64,000 nt of DNA from Spizellomyces punctatus DAOM BR117. Taxonomy: Eukaryota. The notes under the pieces are model-generated. The model was not told the origin of the DNA. It did not search any database and saw only the letters and a program-made list of their open reading frames with translations. The stretch lies in NCBI GenBank assembly GCA_000182565.2, contig KQ257466.1. The stretch is one strand, 5' to 3'. How positions within the stretch are numbered: position 1 is the first letter of the stretch; each line of letters begins with the position of its first letter. Made by a program: the position numbers and the translations under genes. This document shows positions 13,739 through 25,720 of the stretch, one piece after another.

Positions 13739-16155
13739 TCAAACACCCTGATCAACCAACACCACATCTTTGCCCTGTCCACTCTGAATCCACTCTCGTA
13801 AATCCTCAGGCACATCCACAACACTACATTTGACCTGCTTACATTTCGCCTTTTGAACAACCCACAGTTGTTGATTATCCAACGTCCAGTACCCATTATT
13901 GTCAAAGACACGAAGGGGGGGTATATCATCCTGGGAGAGGGTGTTGCGAGTTAGGTCCGTGACGAGGTGGTAGAGGGATGTACCATTGACGAGTGTTTCG
14001 GGGATAGTGGGGGTCGTATAAGATAGGGTGGAGGGATCCAAAAAGATAATGGTGTCATGGGTGGAGGAAGGGGAGGAATGGTCCCATCCGAATCCGGAAT
14101 CGCGTTTAGGGCTTTTGGAGTTGGAGCGTTGGGGGAGGAGGGATTGACGGAATTGGGCTTCGTAAATGTAACTGAGGGCGAGGTGGTGGTCAATGGTTGA
14201 TTGTTCTTGGTTGCTAGTTTTGGTAGGGGTTTTGTAGTGTTGGATGGCGTCCGTGATTTCGTCCATGCTGTAGCCGTATTTGCCTTCTACCCAGCCGTTG
14301 AGCCATGGGTTGGGCAGCGGGGAGGGGTCAGTGGCTTCTAGCCAGCCTTCAGCGTATAGGACAAAGTACTCGGTTTCGGCTAGCTGGTCGGTTGTGGCGT
14401 TGCGGGTGGTGGTTAATTGGTAAGCGAGGGTGTCGAGGTTTTGGAAAACCGGGTGAGTTCTGGGTAGAGGGTGAGGAGGAGGCGAGTGGCGAAATGTGTT
14501 ACGGGCATGTTAGTTTTACATGTCGGTGAACTCTGTGTGGAATTGTACTATGCATACCTTTCTTGTATTTGTCCCTTGACTTGAGCCACACGATCTAGCA
14601 TCATATCTGTTTCGCCATCATATTCGTCGTGCTCAGCACGACTTTGTTGGTTTGGCGATGTGGAATTCTTGTTGTTTGGCACTGCTCTTGCATCGCCTCT
14701 CGTTACGGACCGTCCACGCGCAGTTTCGTTCTTGGGACCACTGCTCAATGAAAATACCGAGGACATGGACGAAAAAAACGACGTGAGGCCAGCTGTTGCC
14801 GTGGCTGGGGCGGGAGCAGGAGAAGTAGTACTTGTGCTGGAGGTGCCTAGACTCCATCTACTCTTGCTCTGTGTGGGGGCAGTGTTGAGAGTGCCAGAGG
14901 CTGCACGAAGGAGGAGTCGTCCTCCTTCTTCAGCCTCCACGTTTCCGTCAACCTGTGCATACTCCAAGTTGGGAGTAAGGAGGCTCAGGGATGACGAGCG
15001 AGTTGAGCCGGACGGCAGCTGTACTTCGACAACCGAGCCGCCGCCGCCAATGGATGAAACAACGTCATCATCCAGGTCCTGACCACCATTATCCCCAAAT
15101 GTAGAGCTATTATCACCACCCGCAGCATGCCGAAACAAATCTTCAAATTCTTCACTAGCGACGGGCGCACTGGGAAGAGGCACGGTATAATTAATGTTCA
15201 TCTCGGGTTGTGCCACCGGACTGCCATCTTCAGTGGTCTCCTCTCTAGCCCACGCCAGAGCTGCGCGCATGTTGGGATGCTCAATATTGGTATCATATGC
15301 TGTTCCTACGGCGATAAAGTAACCGTTCATCTCAGCCGGCGAAAGGCCGACAATCAAATGTTTGGGGCTCTTGCGAATGGTCTGGATCAGAATTTTTTCA
15401 AGCCGAGGGGGTAATCCCTCCCATTCGCATTCTCTATCCTCAAATCGGATGAACCAGCCTCCCAATTTGGATATGGCCACGTAATCGACAGGCGGATCGC
15501 CTTTGGATCTTCGCTTCAAGAGATCGCTCAAACCGCTCGGTAGTCGCTCCCAGACAGATGTCCCATCTTCTCGGGTCAATAGCCATCCACCGCCAGGCGC
15601 AAAGACGAGATTTGTAACATCTGCATCGGCGTCATTATGAAGTGCATCAAAGAGTCGTCCGCGTGGGGGAAACCCAGATGTGGCAAACGATCCGTCATCA
15701 AAGGACACAAACCACTCATTGTTATCCGACATTCCCATCTGACGGACACCCGGAAGTGTGGAATTGCGTTTGTTTAGCTTTGCATGGAGAGTGGGTGGAA
15801 GGTGCTCCCAGCCAGAGGTACCGTCCGACCAGCGGATATACCAACCTCCTCGTGGGCCGAATGCGACGGTCATTGGGTAACGTGGGCCAGAAGGAGTTGG
15901 CATTGGACCATCCGACAGATTCTCATCCGAATCTGCCAATCCTGCGTGGTTCGGCTCTAATGTTCCGTTCAATTCAGCGGGTTGACCATTAGAGCTAATT
16001 GCAGGCTCAGTCTTTTCCAGTTCCAGTTCTTGCTCAGTCCCCATATCTGCGTCATTCGTGGTATCTTTTACAGCCGATTCTTGCACCTTGTTAGGGGACG
16101 AAGGGGTTTCCTGTTCCACTAACAATGATTCTTGTGGATCAACAGTTCCCATCAT
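13739..16155 (-). CDS. Uncharacterised protein with four ~45-aa Trp/Gly repeats and a C-terminal ParB/Srx-like domain, 2 exons
   Basis: ORFs 14548-16155 and 13739-14266 join in frame through an intron of about 14460-14557 (AG|gtatgc...actaac...cccag|A ACT CAC). Repeat consensus is roughly VAFGPxGGWFIRxxDGxxxWExLP. Confidence 0.65.
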
Positions 16156-17207
16156 TGCTTTCTTTGCATGCGCGCTTGTTCACGATGTGTGACTGACAAT
16201 GGAACTCTGCACGAGGTGGTATTGGTGGCACTACACTAACGAAAAGCAAGTTGAATGAGTACGGTGCCCTCCATTTTCAACTGCGAATCATCACAACATG
16301 TATGCCGCCAAAAGATCGCTACTACTCACACAAACAAAAGTCTCCTACGCAATGCCTTGTTTGCTCACTCTCTAGCAAAACGTGGGAATGCCCGAGACCA
16401 GGTATATCAGAGAACCGTCCTAGTATCAACCTTTTGCTCGCTTCTCTTGCCCGTCAAGACGAGTATCTCGCGAGATGAAAATAAAAAAAAGAAAACGGTA
16501 GCAATGGCAAAGAATATCCCAGCACGAACAAAAAACTTGTCAAGGACAAACACAAACCCAATGTGTACTTTGCATCTCCGCCACGCCCATTTAGCGGTCG
16601 AATGGAAGCGCGTGTTTGCCGTTTACATTCCAATTATGCATTCCATCCCATTCCAGTTGGTAATAAAGGCCACAAACAGGTGATTTGGATTGACTGGATC
16701 CAAACAAGTTGGCCCATCAGGTGGGCAATGAAACCACCATGGAGTGTTTCATCTGGAAGATAAACAAAAGAGTGAGCATTTGGGATAATTTTTGGAGAAT
16801 GTCGGACGGAATGAATGAAAACGTTAAATGACAAACGGCCAAGGATTTTGGACAGTTGAGGATGGAAATCGCTACATCTTTGTGTGCATTTGGGGCTAGC
16901 AAGCAAGCATTGAAAAGACGCAAAGAAAAACAAAAAGTGTTCAAAAGTTGTGTGTTGAAATTAGGTCGAGTGGCGTCCTTTTGACATTACACTTTTGAAT
17001 AAGAGTTGCCTGTCATGAACGGCCTTTGTAACCAATCTGCCACAAGGACTAAAATAGATCCAACTACCTCACCCGCTTACTGTTGGGCCACATGCCCACC
17101 TAACACGAAATCTGTGCTGTTGTTGCTGATGGGACGATCCGATATCCAAAGCATATACTTGGAATCAAAAGAATTAGTTGAAAAAGATTGGCGTACGATG
17201 GTCTGTA

Positions 17208-17281
17208 TGCTCCGCACAGGGGTCGAACCTGTGACCTTGGCGTTATTAGCACCACGCTCTAACCAACTGAGCTAGCGGAGC
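17208..17281 (-). tRNA. tRNA-Ile(AAT)
   Basis: Reverse complement GCTCCGCTAGCTCAGTTGG...CTAATAA...GGTTCGACCC...GCGGAGCA, 74 nt. Confidence 0.95.
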
Positions 17282-17914
17282 TCTCATATTTTCAAGGGGA
17301 ACTTTGTACTACCTATCCTTGAGCAAGCCTTCCCAGACAGCAAATGTCCAGAGGTCAACGAGTAGGATGATTACGGACGAGTGTGGAAAATGTCCCAAAA
17401 ATACGACAGTGGGTGGAAAGACAGTATAGAGAATGTACATGATATGAAATACTCTTTCTACATGACAATTGGATAAGAAACATTTGTCTAAAGCCTTACA
17501 AACGGAGAGAAAGAAGTGTCAGGCAGATGAGTTTGATACTCTCAAAACACACGGACTGATTTCACACTTATTTTCACACTCTCACACTCTCGCTCATTCT
17601 CCCAATTGCAAATACATACACACACACATATACTCCATATGTTTTATTCTCTCATATCCAAACGTATTTATTCCCATATTTTCACTCGTAACTCTCTTTC
17701 ATCCCCCAAAATTGTTTTACAGAGAGTGAAATTTAAAGAAAACGCGCAAAGGGAATTTCACACATCTGTCAGTTCTTTGGTTTTTTATTTTTTTTTGTTA
17801 GCGGCAACTGGAATTGTTCATCAGCATACTACATGTCTTGTTCGCAATTCCCATTCTGGTTTTTGACATTTGAGTGAGCCTCTTTGTCTCTCTCCTTCTT
17901 TCATACGCAAGTTT

Positions 17915-20900
17915 ATGACGGACATGTGGTGGTGGTGGTGGAGGGGGTGGATAGGAGTGCAGATCGCGTCTCTCTCACTCCTAGTCCATGCTGCTCCCCA
18001 TCCACACGAATGCCCAGAATTCCCTTCTAGCTGCAAGTATCTCTTATTGGGTTATTCATAGAGTGCCATTGGCTGACTTTTTGTATTCTTTAATATTCTA
18101 TAGGTGAGTGCATACCGCTATCACCTGGTTGCTCTTCTCAAGGCAAGCCATGTCAACCTGGATCTCCAGACTGTGGAATGGCCGTTGGGACAATGCCTCC
18201 CAAAGTCACATTTTCCATACCTGCCACCGCACTGCCAACCGTCACACCCAGCCCATCTTCTTCTTCTGTTTCCTCGCCAATTGCAACATTGTCGATTCCG
18301 TCAACACAACCCTCTGGTGGCGCTCCCGTCCCACTTCCAACAGCTTCCTCTTTCCCAGCAGGCGCCCGCTCAGGCGATCCCTCCTCAACATGTAAAGTGT
18401 CATGACAGGATAGTTAAAAAGTCTTGCAAGTTGGCTAATCTTTAAATCTTTTTACAGCAACTCCAACACCCGTCGTGGGAGAGCGATCCGAAATCCAAGG
18501 TGACTCAAATGGTACAAATCTTGGTCTTGCTGTTGGGCTCCCCATTGGCCTCCTCGTTCTTTTTGCCCTTGCCGCCTTTTTCGTATATCGAAAACGTCGA
18601 AGCCAGGCCGTCCCCTCATCAACGCTCATGTCGCAAGGAGACGGATTTGATGGACATTCAAGTCTGGACTCTGCAATAACATTGTCCGTTCCACCTCCCA
18701 TGACTCAAGTGGGAGCGAAAACCGCCCTGGGTAGCACTGCGCGTGACTTGGAATTTGGGAATTTGAGCACCGTGTCTGGTAATGGAACGGCAGTTCCTGC
18801 TCCAGATCCATCTGGTGGAGCGGGAGGGTCGATAGGCGCCACTGCCCTTGCCGGGGGTTTGGCTGGTGGAGCTGCAGTGGCTGCTTTAGCTGCGTCGTCG
18901 CCTCCTGAACCGTCTAGCGTGGACCGCGAGGTAGGCTCCGCTGCCCTTACCGGGGGTTTGGCTGGTGGAGCTGCAGTGGCTGCTTTAGCTGCGTCGTCGC
19001 CTCGTGAACCTTCTAGCGTGGACCGCAAGGCAGGCACCGGTCAACCTGGAGCGGCCAGTGAGGCTGCTTCCGCGGTCACCGCGGCTGGCGCGCTTCCGAG
19101 TAACACTCAAGAGACGCCGGCCTCTACGTCCTCTGCTGAGCAAGGACTCGAGTCAACTGCAAACGTTCCAGAGGAAGATGATCTAAAGGACAAGATGCCT
19201 GCTGGCGGGCCGATATTGGAGCAAGGCAACCCTGCTGAGCAGAGTGAGCCTGTTGTTCCTCCCAAGAGCCCAGAAAGGGAGGTCACGGCCATGGCACCGG
19301 CAGCCGAGACACCCGTGGCGCTGGCAGCTGAGACGTTGGATGGCACACCACTGAATCCACCGTCACCAACCTCGTCTAGTTCACCCTGGGACATGGATCA
19401 GTTCACTCGCAGCAATACCTTGTCTTCCTTGACATCCGCAAGTACCGGAGCTGGAGCCCTGGCGGCTCTTGCAGCAGCAGGAGCGGTAGCCTCGACGTTG
19501 GAGCGTTCATCACCGTCACCCGAAAACGCGGCAGAGTCGGACGGTCGGTCCATTTCATCTGGTACATCTCGCACCTCACGTTACCTCCCAACTCTTTCCC
19601 GCCGCGGAACACTCCGCACCATTGACGAAGTCATTACCATCATTGACGAACGAACGGGTCACGTCCTAGACAAAAAGACAGTCACGGTCACTGAATACGA
19701 GGGTGACATGTCTGCTCTTGAGGCTCAGAGTGCAAAGATTGAGATTGCTGGGGCAGAAATTGTTGGTGTTGGGGAGACGGTCACTGTAGAGTATGCGGAT
19801 ACCGGAGTGGCGGACGGTGGAGATGGGACTGCAACGGTTGTGACGACCATTACGGATCTGAAAGGGGAAACTCAGACGCTTGTTAGCGATGTGAGTAGTG
19901 TCAAAACGAGGACTTCTGAAGACGCGTCATCTCCTGCCTCTATCACTGATGTGCCGGTGCCAGACCCCGTACCGGACCCGGTGCCGGATGTTGGTGGCGA
20001 GCCATTGCAAAGATCCCCTAGCATTCATAGTACTGCGGCGTCCCCTGTCTTGTCATCCAATGAGGAGACAATATCACCAGAGATGCTGGGGGAACCCGTC
20101 GTGCAACCCGCTGAGGAGGCCGCGGAGCCCATAAGCACTCAGTCTCCTGAATCACCGATAATGCCTTCAGAACCAAACGATCCTACTCAATCGCAATTGG
20201 AAGAAACGAAATCCGTAGACTCTGAACGAACGATTATCCGTCCCATAGGATCGTTGGAGACGATCGTCCCACCAGTTGTACAACCCCCTGAAGACTTTAC
20301 GACATTACCCACACCTGAGGCGCCGGAACGCCCCGTCATGGAGCTTACAAACGTTTTAGGAGACAAGTCCCAGATTGTGGACCATCAACTTGATCCCAAT
20401 TTATCACGGCCAACGTATCGACCTACGAGTCCGACACCACTTGGTCCCATTATCCTTTCGGGAGGAGGAACCCGATCCGTTCGAGGAGCAACGGACGCCA
20501 GCCGACGATCCACTGTCCTCTCGTTTGCACCACCCGACCAAGACGACATTCCCGATCTTTCTGCCTACCACCCACCCGCACCTACCTCTCACGTGGTGAT
20601 TAACCACTACTACCCCGTCCGTCCCGACGAAATGGCCATGCAAGTAGGTGATCTGGTCGGTATCGAACGAGAATACACGGACGGATGGGCTCGTGGCCAA
20701 AACATTACACATGGACGTAAACGCGGGTTTTTCCCACTGAATATTCTCACACCCATTAAAAGCGGGCCTAGTCAACGTGTTGCCAAAATTGGTGGTCGAT
20801 CCTGGTTGGGACGTACTACTAAAGCCGATGAACTTGAACGTCGAGCGAGTATTGTTCCTCCTTCTCGTGACGCGTCCCTCCCCACCCGCTCCCGAACCTC

Positions 20901-21156
20901 TACATCCGATATACTCATTTCAGAAGAACAAGAACCCCACACCAAAGTCATTAGACACAACACGGCACACACACAAGAACCCGATGGAACGTCTGTGGAA
21001 ACCATCACAACCGTAACGCGGACCGGTGAGACTCCGAATTTGGTTACCCGTGTTGTAAGACGGGCGAGTAAACGGAATGGGGATGGGACCGTGACGAAGC
21101 GGGTGAGTGTTAGTATTGTGGATGTGGTTCAGGAATTAACGAGTGGGGATATATAG
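17915..21156 (+). CDS. Single-pass membrane protein: signal peptide, Ser/Pro/Thr-rich ectodomain, TM helix, cytoplasmic SH3
   Basis: Hydrophobic N-terminus in ORF 17870-18061. TM LGLAVGLPIGLLVLFALAAFFVY followed by RKRR. SH3 VVINHYYPVRPDEMAMQVGDLV...DGWARG...GFFP. Confidence 0.7.
18842..19039 (+). repeat. Two-copy 99-bp in-frame tandem duplication (33 aa)
   Basis: ctgccctt(g/a)ccgggggtttggctggtggagctgcagtgg... occurs at 18842 and 18941, and the peptide repeats ALxGGLAGGAAVAALAASSPxEPSSVDR. Confidence 0.9.
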
Positions 21157-21579
21157 ATTTGTGGTATATAGATTTCTTTTTTTTTTTTTTTTTAGTGGTT
21201 GTTGTTTGTTGTTTTTTTTTCTATGCGTAGAATGAGATTTTAGAAAATTATGGGTTTTTATAGAATAGAATAGATTTTTTTGTTTTTGTTTTTTTAAACA
21301 TGTCTGTGTGTTGGTTTTTGCAAAATGATGGTTTCTTTATCAGATACATGATTGTGCTGTGACAAGTACACTTTTGTAGAGCAAAACCAAAAAAAAACGT
21401 TTTCTTGTGTGCAAATGTTTTTGATGAATATATATATACAAGTATCGTGATGCGTATGTCCAACCCAACACCCACCCCAACTCCAAAAAAAAAAAAAAAG
21501 AAAAGGCATAATTACAAAAAAGTCCCCTATCCACGCCCCCTCCAAAAAACTTAAATAAAAAAAAAAAAAAAGCCGATAT

Positions 21580-24500
21580 CTACATTAACGCCAAAGCCTC
21601 CAACGTAAACTCCTCCACAACATCCCTAACAAACATTTCAACCCCTTTCAACTCCTCACCAAAAATACTGGTCAAGTACTCTAGGACACCTCGGGCGGTA
21701 ACACTATTCAAATCCCGTGTGCTTAAAAAAGCGTAAACATGATCTCGAACCGCTTTTTTCAATTCTTGTGACAAATTTGGGGAATTGGATGCAAATGATG
21801 ATCGGAGTGTCATGCCCGTTTCAGCGGAATTGGTTGTCGCGAACGAGGGGTAATGGGATGTTACGCCCGATACGACCCGGAACGAGCGGGACGATTTTCG
21901 GGAGGAGATGGATTTTCTGTAGAGGTTGTAAGGGGAGATGACGTCTGATGGGGGGCGGGAAGAAGTAGAGGTTTGGGGGTCATTGTCGAGCATGGCTGCT
22001 AATGCGGGTGTCATGACGGGTCGTAAAAAGGATTTAATGGGGGGTGTGGAGATGGGGGTTGAGAGGGGGTAGTAGGTTGCTTCGGCGGGGGTTAGGAAGG
22101 AGGTTGTGGAGGCGGGTGTGGCGGGTAAGGTTGTTGCAGCGGAATTGATGGTCGGTGTTCGTTCAAGGGAGGTTTTAATGTGGTAGGGTGAGATTCGGTT
22201 CCGTACGTAGGTTGCTATAGGTGTATCCAGGTCCGTGTCGGTTAATCCATGGTCAACCATGTTGATACCAACTTGGTTGGTAGGTTCTTCTTCGGTTTCA
22301 AAAGGCATTAAAACGGGTCCCGTTGACAATTTTCGTTTATCTCTTATGGAACCAGGGACATCTCCGCCACCACCACATGTTGCATCCGCACCATGGACAC
22401 GGACCCACCCCGCCCGCTCCACAACAACCGTATCACTCCACACGGCACGATCCATGCTCCAGAATCCCCATAAGGGAATCACAATCTGGTACAATGGGAT
22501 CCCAAACACCATGTAGGCAAACAAGGGAAACAGGCTCTTGATGTTGAGTGTAGCGAGGAAGAGGAGGGCTTGGAGGAGAAAGAGTGTCCCCATGGCGATA
22601 GAGACGAGGATATCGGTGTTCGTGAGTGAAATGGCGGGACAGTGCTTGATGATCACTAGCACGATGATTCGTGTCACGATATAGTACAAGTACGCAGTTG
22701 CGACAGGGGATAGGGTCATGGTAAGGACTTCCACATAGGCCATGAGCGGCACGATGGGCCGACGAATACAAAACGGGATAGAGGACAGGATATTGTACCG
22801 TGCGTTGAACGATCGACGTTGTTGTGCCATTAACGTTCGAAACCGTGTCGGCATATCCGAATACGCAACAGCTGACGAGTTATATTCTAAATGATTCGGC
22901 CGTGGATGCGCTTGGAGGAGTAACGGCGGTAAAAACTTGTCTTCACCTAAATGAAGAGCGTTTTGGGTGGACATGTCACAAGCCGTCCGTGCAAACTCGC
23001 GCAAAACCCGTTCAGACACTAAACATGGCGTTCCATCTTCAAATGAGAGTCGGTACACGGCAAACCCGCCGCCCCATGATCTTCCCACGGAACCCAAGAC
23101 GGAATCGAGACAAGGTGCTAGGTGATGCAGGTGGAACCATGGGTAGGCTTGTAAGATTGTTGCAAAGGTCGTTGTTTTTGACACGGGTTGAAGTGTACCG
23201 TGAATCGCCATGATGGTATCATTTCGCTCCAATCGTCCGACAAGGCGCTTCACGGCGTTGGTCTCCACATACGAGTCCCCATCAATAACAGCAAAATATT
23301 TGAACAGCGTCGGATCCATTTTTAGTTTACGTGTGATTTGCCTATGAATCTCGTGTTCGAGGGGGGTCAAGAGAGCTTGGGAGGGTTGTGTCAAGTTCAT
23401 GAGATAGTTTAAAGCAATCAACATGGAATCCCGTTTTCCTCTTGTCCCGGGTAATGTCGTCTCATTATCACTCCCGCTCTTGACCACAACGATATATGGA
23501 ATCTGTGACCCTTTTGAAGCGGTAAAGACGCCGGAATACACTCGTGCGGCATTGACTTTTCGAACGCCTTGTCCGATGGATACGTACGAGTGGGTAGATG
23601 CAGGGAGACCCGAGCACCCTAGAATCCCCGTCACAGTGGACCCACAATCACGGTACGACCCCGGTCGAACGGCGACACCATCCACAACGACAAACAATAA
23701 CCGCTTCATGGCATCGTAATTGCTATTCACGATGGACTCTATCGATCGCTGGATCGTGACGGCTTCCTCATTGTAAACTGGGACAAAAAAGATTGTATAC
23801 GGTGCGGTCGTTAACCGTGGTGCCGACCCCGTCGAGAGCGTCATGAAAATCTTGATGACAAAACTCAGGTATACCAATGCCCCCACGCCCAGTAGCACTG
23901 GGTTGAACTTGAACGTATCTGGCGGCATGGCATCGTCCAATACACCCGCGAAAAACAGCTTGTTCATGGCATTAATGTTTTGGACTCGATTCGGAATGGA
24001 TTTAAACGCTGCGGATGCGTCCCCGCCTAGATTATTCATCAAGGCTCTCGTCACGGGTTCAGAGAGAAACGCTGTGCTAGGATTGATTTGTTGTTGGTTG
24101 TCTGGATATCGGGTCGCAATGCGGAGGTACCAAGTTACATCGTAGACGAGTGAATCGATAATTACTAGTGCGGCGCTGGTGTCAAGGTTGTTGTTTTGTA
24201 CACTGATCTCCTCTGCATTATGGAGCACATCTGTTGACCAAACAAACATGGCGTGAGAATGGGATGCCCGCCTGAACCTGTGTAATACCGTTCACTTACA
24301 TCCAACTACACTCTCGCTAATAACCCTCTCTGTACTCGACGTAAAACACAAGGCATCATTCCCGCTCTGTCTATCCGGTGTGGGACAATTCTGCAGCATT
24401 TGACGCGAGGCATTTACAACGTATCCCGGCTCCTGCATCAATCGGGTGTTTAACCAATTGTCCACGGCACCCATACTCGTCGCCACGGCATTCAAATCGG

Positions 24501-25134
24501 GATCCACGAGTCGAGAAAAGTTGAGCGGGCGGGATAAGAGCGCAAACGTGGGAAACATTGTCGAGACATCTTGACCCGCATAAGGCGAGACTTGTTTATT
24601 AATGGCTTTACCCATTGGATCCTGTGACGTTGAAAAATCCGCTACACGGCCATTGACTGCCACAAAATTCGTATCGGCCAGATCGGAAGTCGAAAAGTTT
24701 GTACGAGGGGGAGCGAGGAATCTACCAGCGATTTCCACGACCGCGACAAACGCACCAGAAGCCACCAACACGATGGAAAATAATAGGACTTTTTCCCTCC
24801 ATGCTTGACGTTGGGAATCCGTTTTGAAGCCCACCCATCGCAGAATGACATTGGGTATCCAAAATGTGATCAACTTTGCAAGGAACGGCCATGCCCGTCC
24901 TCTTGTCTTTGCTCGCTGTCGATCAAAGCAATCCAATGGTCGATCGACAATGGTTTCTTGCATGGATGATATTGACGATACCGACAATGCACTGTTTCTC
25001 CTCTCTTTTCCGTCACCTCGTCGTTCTTGTCCTATTGACGATGATGACGATGATGACGATACAGACGCTGACCGTCCATGCTCTTGTAACCTCTTTCCAC
25101 CGTCAGGATTCTCCCCGTCCGATGAAGTGGACAT
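21580..25134 (-). CDS. Chitin synthase-like protein (division 2 type: cytochrome-b5-like region, GT2 domain, DEK_C), with degenerate catalytic motifs
   Basis: AWREK, IDSLVYDVT, PVYNE, VVVDG, GKRDS and LGEDK motifs plus a C-terminal DEK_C-like helix set. One short intron near 24250-24298. Confidence 0.85.
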
Positions 25135-25558
25135 GGTTAACGTTGTGTGTATGTGCCAATACAAGGTTGTTCTGCACCCAAGTTAAAAAACAAGAAAACT
25201 CAAAAGTAAAAACAGTTGTGAATATTCCCACGTTCAATTGTAAGAGTGTGGGAATAAACTTTCAAAACGGGGGTTATCATTGTTTTATCCCACACACATT
25301 TAATCACATTAATTATTATTATTCTCACACAAAGAGAGAGAGAGAGAGAGAGAGAGAGTTTCATGTTGCAAATTGAAACGCTTTCTTCTCCTCACTCACA
25401 CACTCACACACACACACAAGACAACACGCGTTAGTCATGTGAATGACATTCTCTCTGTTGCAAAGGGGGGTTTCTTCTTTTGGCTTTTACTAGGGGAGCT
25501 TTCTCTCCCTTTATGGATACATGATGGATGAACATTGTCAGATGTAATATATTGTTCA

Positions 25559-25588
25559 TAGTGCGGAGCCGGTGGGTATTGGCACTAG
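25559..25588. repeat. Second perfect copy of the 30-nt Fanzor element terminus (TAGTGCGGAGCCGGTGGGTATTGGCACTAG); its leading TA completes a + strand CATA at 25557-25560
   Basis: Identical to 25633-25662 in direct orientation, separated by a 44-nt spacer. Confidence 0.95.
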
Positions 25589-25632
25589 TACAGTGATTCC
25601 AACCAATTGAATCATTAAAAGTATTCTATATA

Positions 25633-25706
25633 TAGTGCGGAGCCGGTGGGTATTGGCACTAGCACCCGCACCAGGGATTGAACCGGCGACAACCGGCTCG
25701 GAAAAC
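25633..25706 (-). ncRNA. Fanzor omegaRNA scaffold (element right end); guide expected to extend into about 25618-25632
   Basis: Minus strand reads GTTTTCCGAGCCGGTTGTCGCCGGTTCAATCCCTGGTGCGGGTGCTAGTGCCAATACCCACCGGCTCCGCACTA, starting 14 nt after the Fanzor stop. Internal GAGCCGGT/ACCGGCTC stem. Closely matches my recollection of the SpuFz1 omegaRNA. Confidence 0.88.
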
Positions 25707-25720
25707 CTAATCTAACCAAT

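Noticed and set aside
25333-25420. (GA)n and (CA)n tracts near the Fanzor flank, and similar tracts and A/T homopolymers elsewhere
   Set aside because: Common microsatellites with no sign of specific function.
25559-25662. Calling this a bona fide CRISPR array
   Set aside because: Only two repeats, no cas genes, and a eukaryotic context. The repeat equals the transposon terminus, so it is reported as a repeat with a hypothesis attached.
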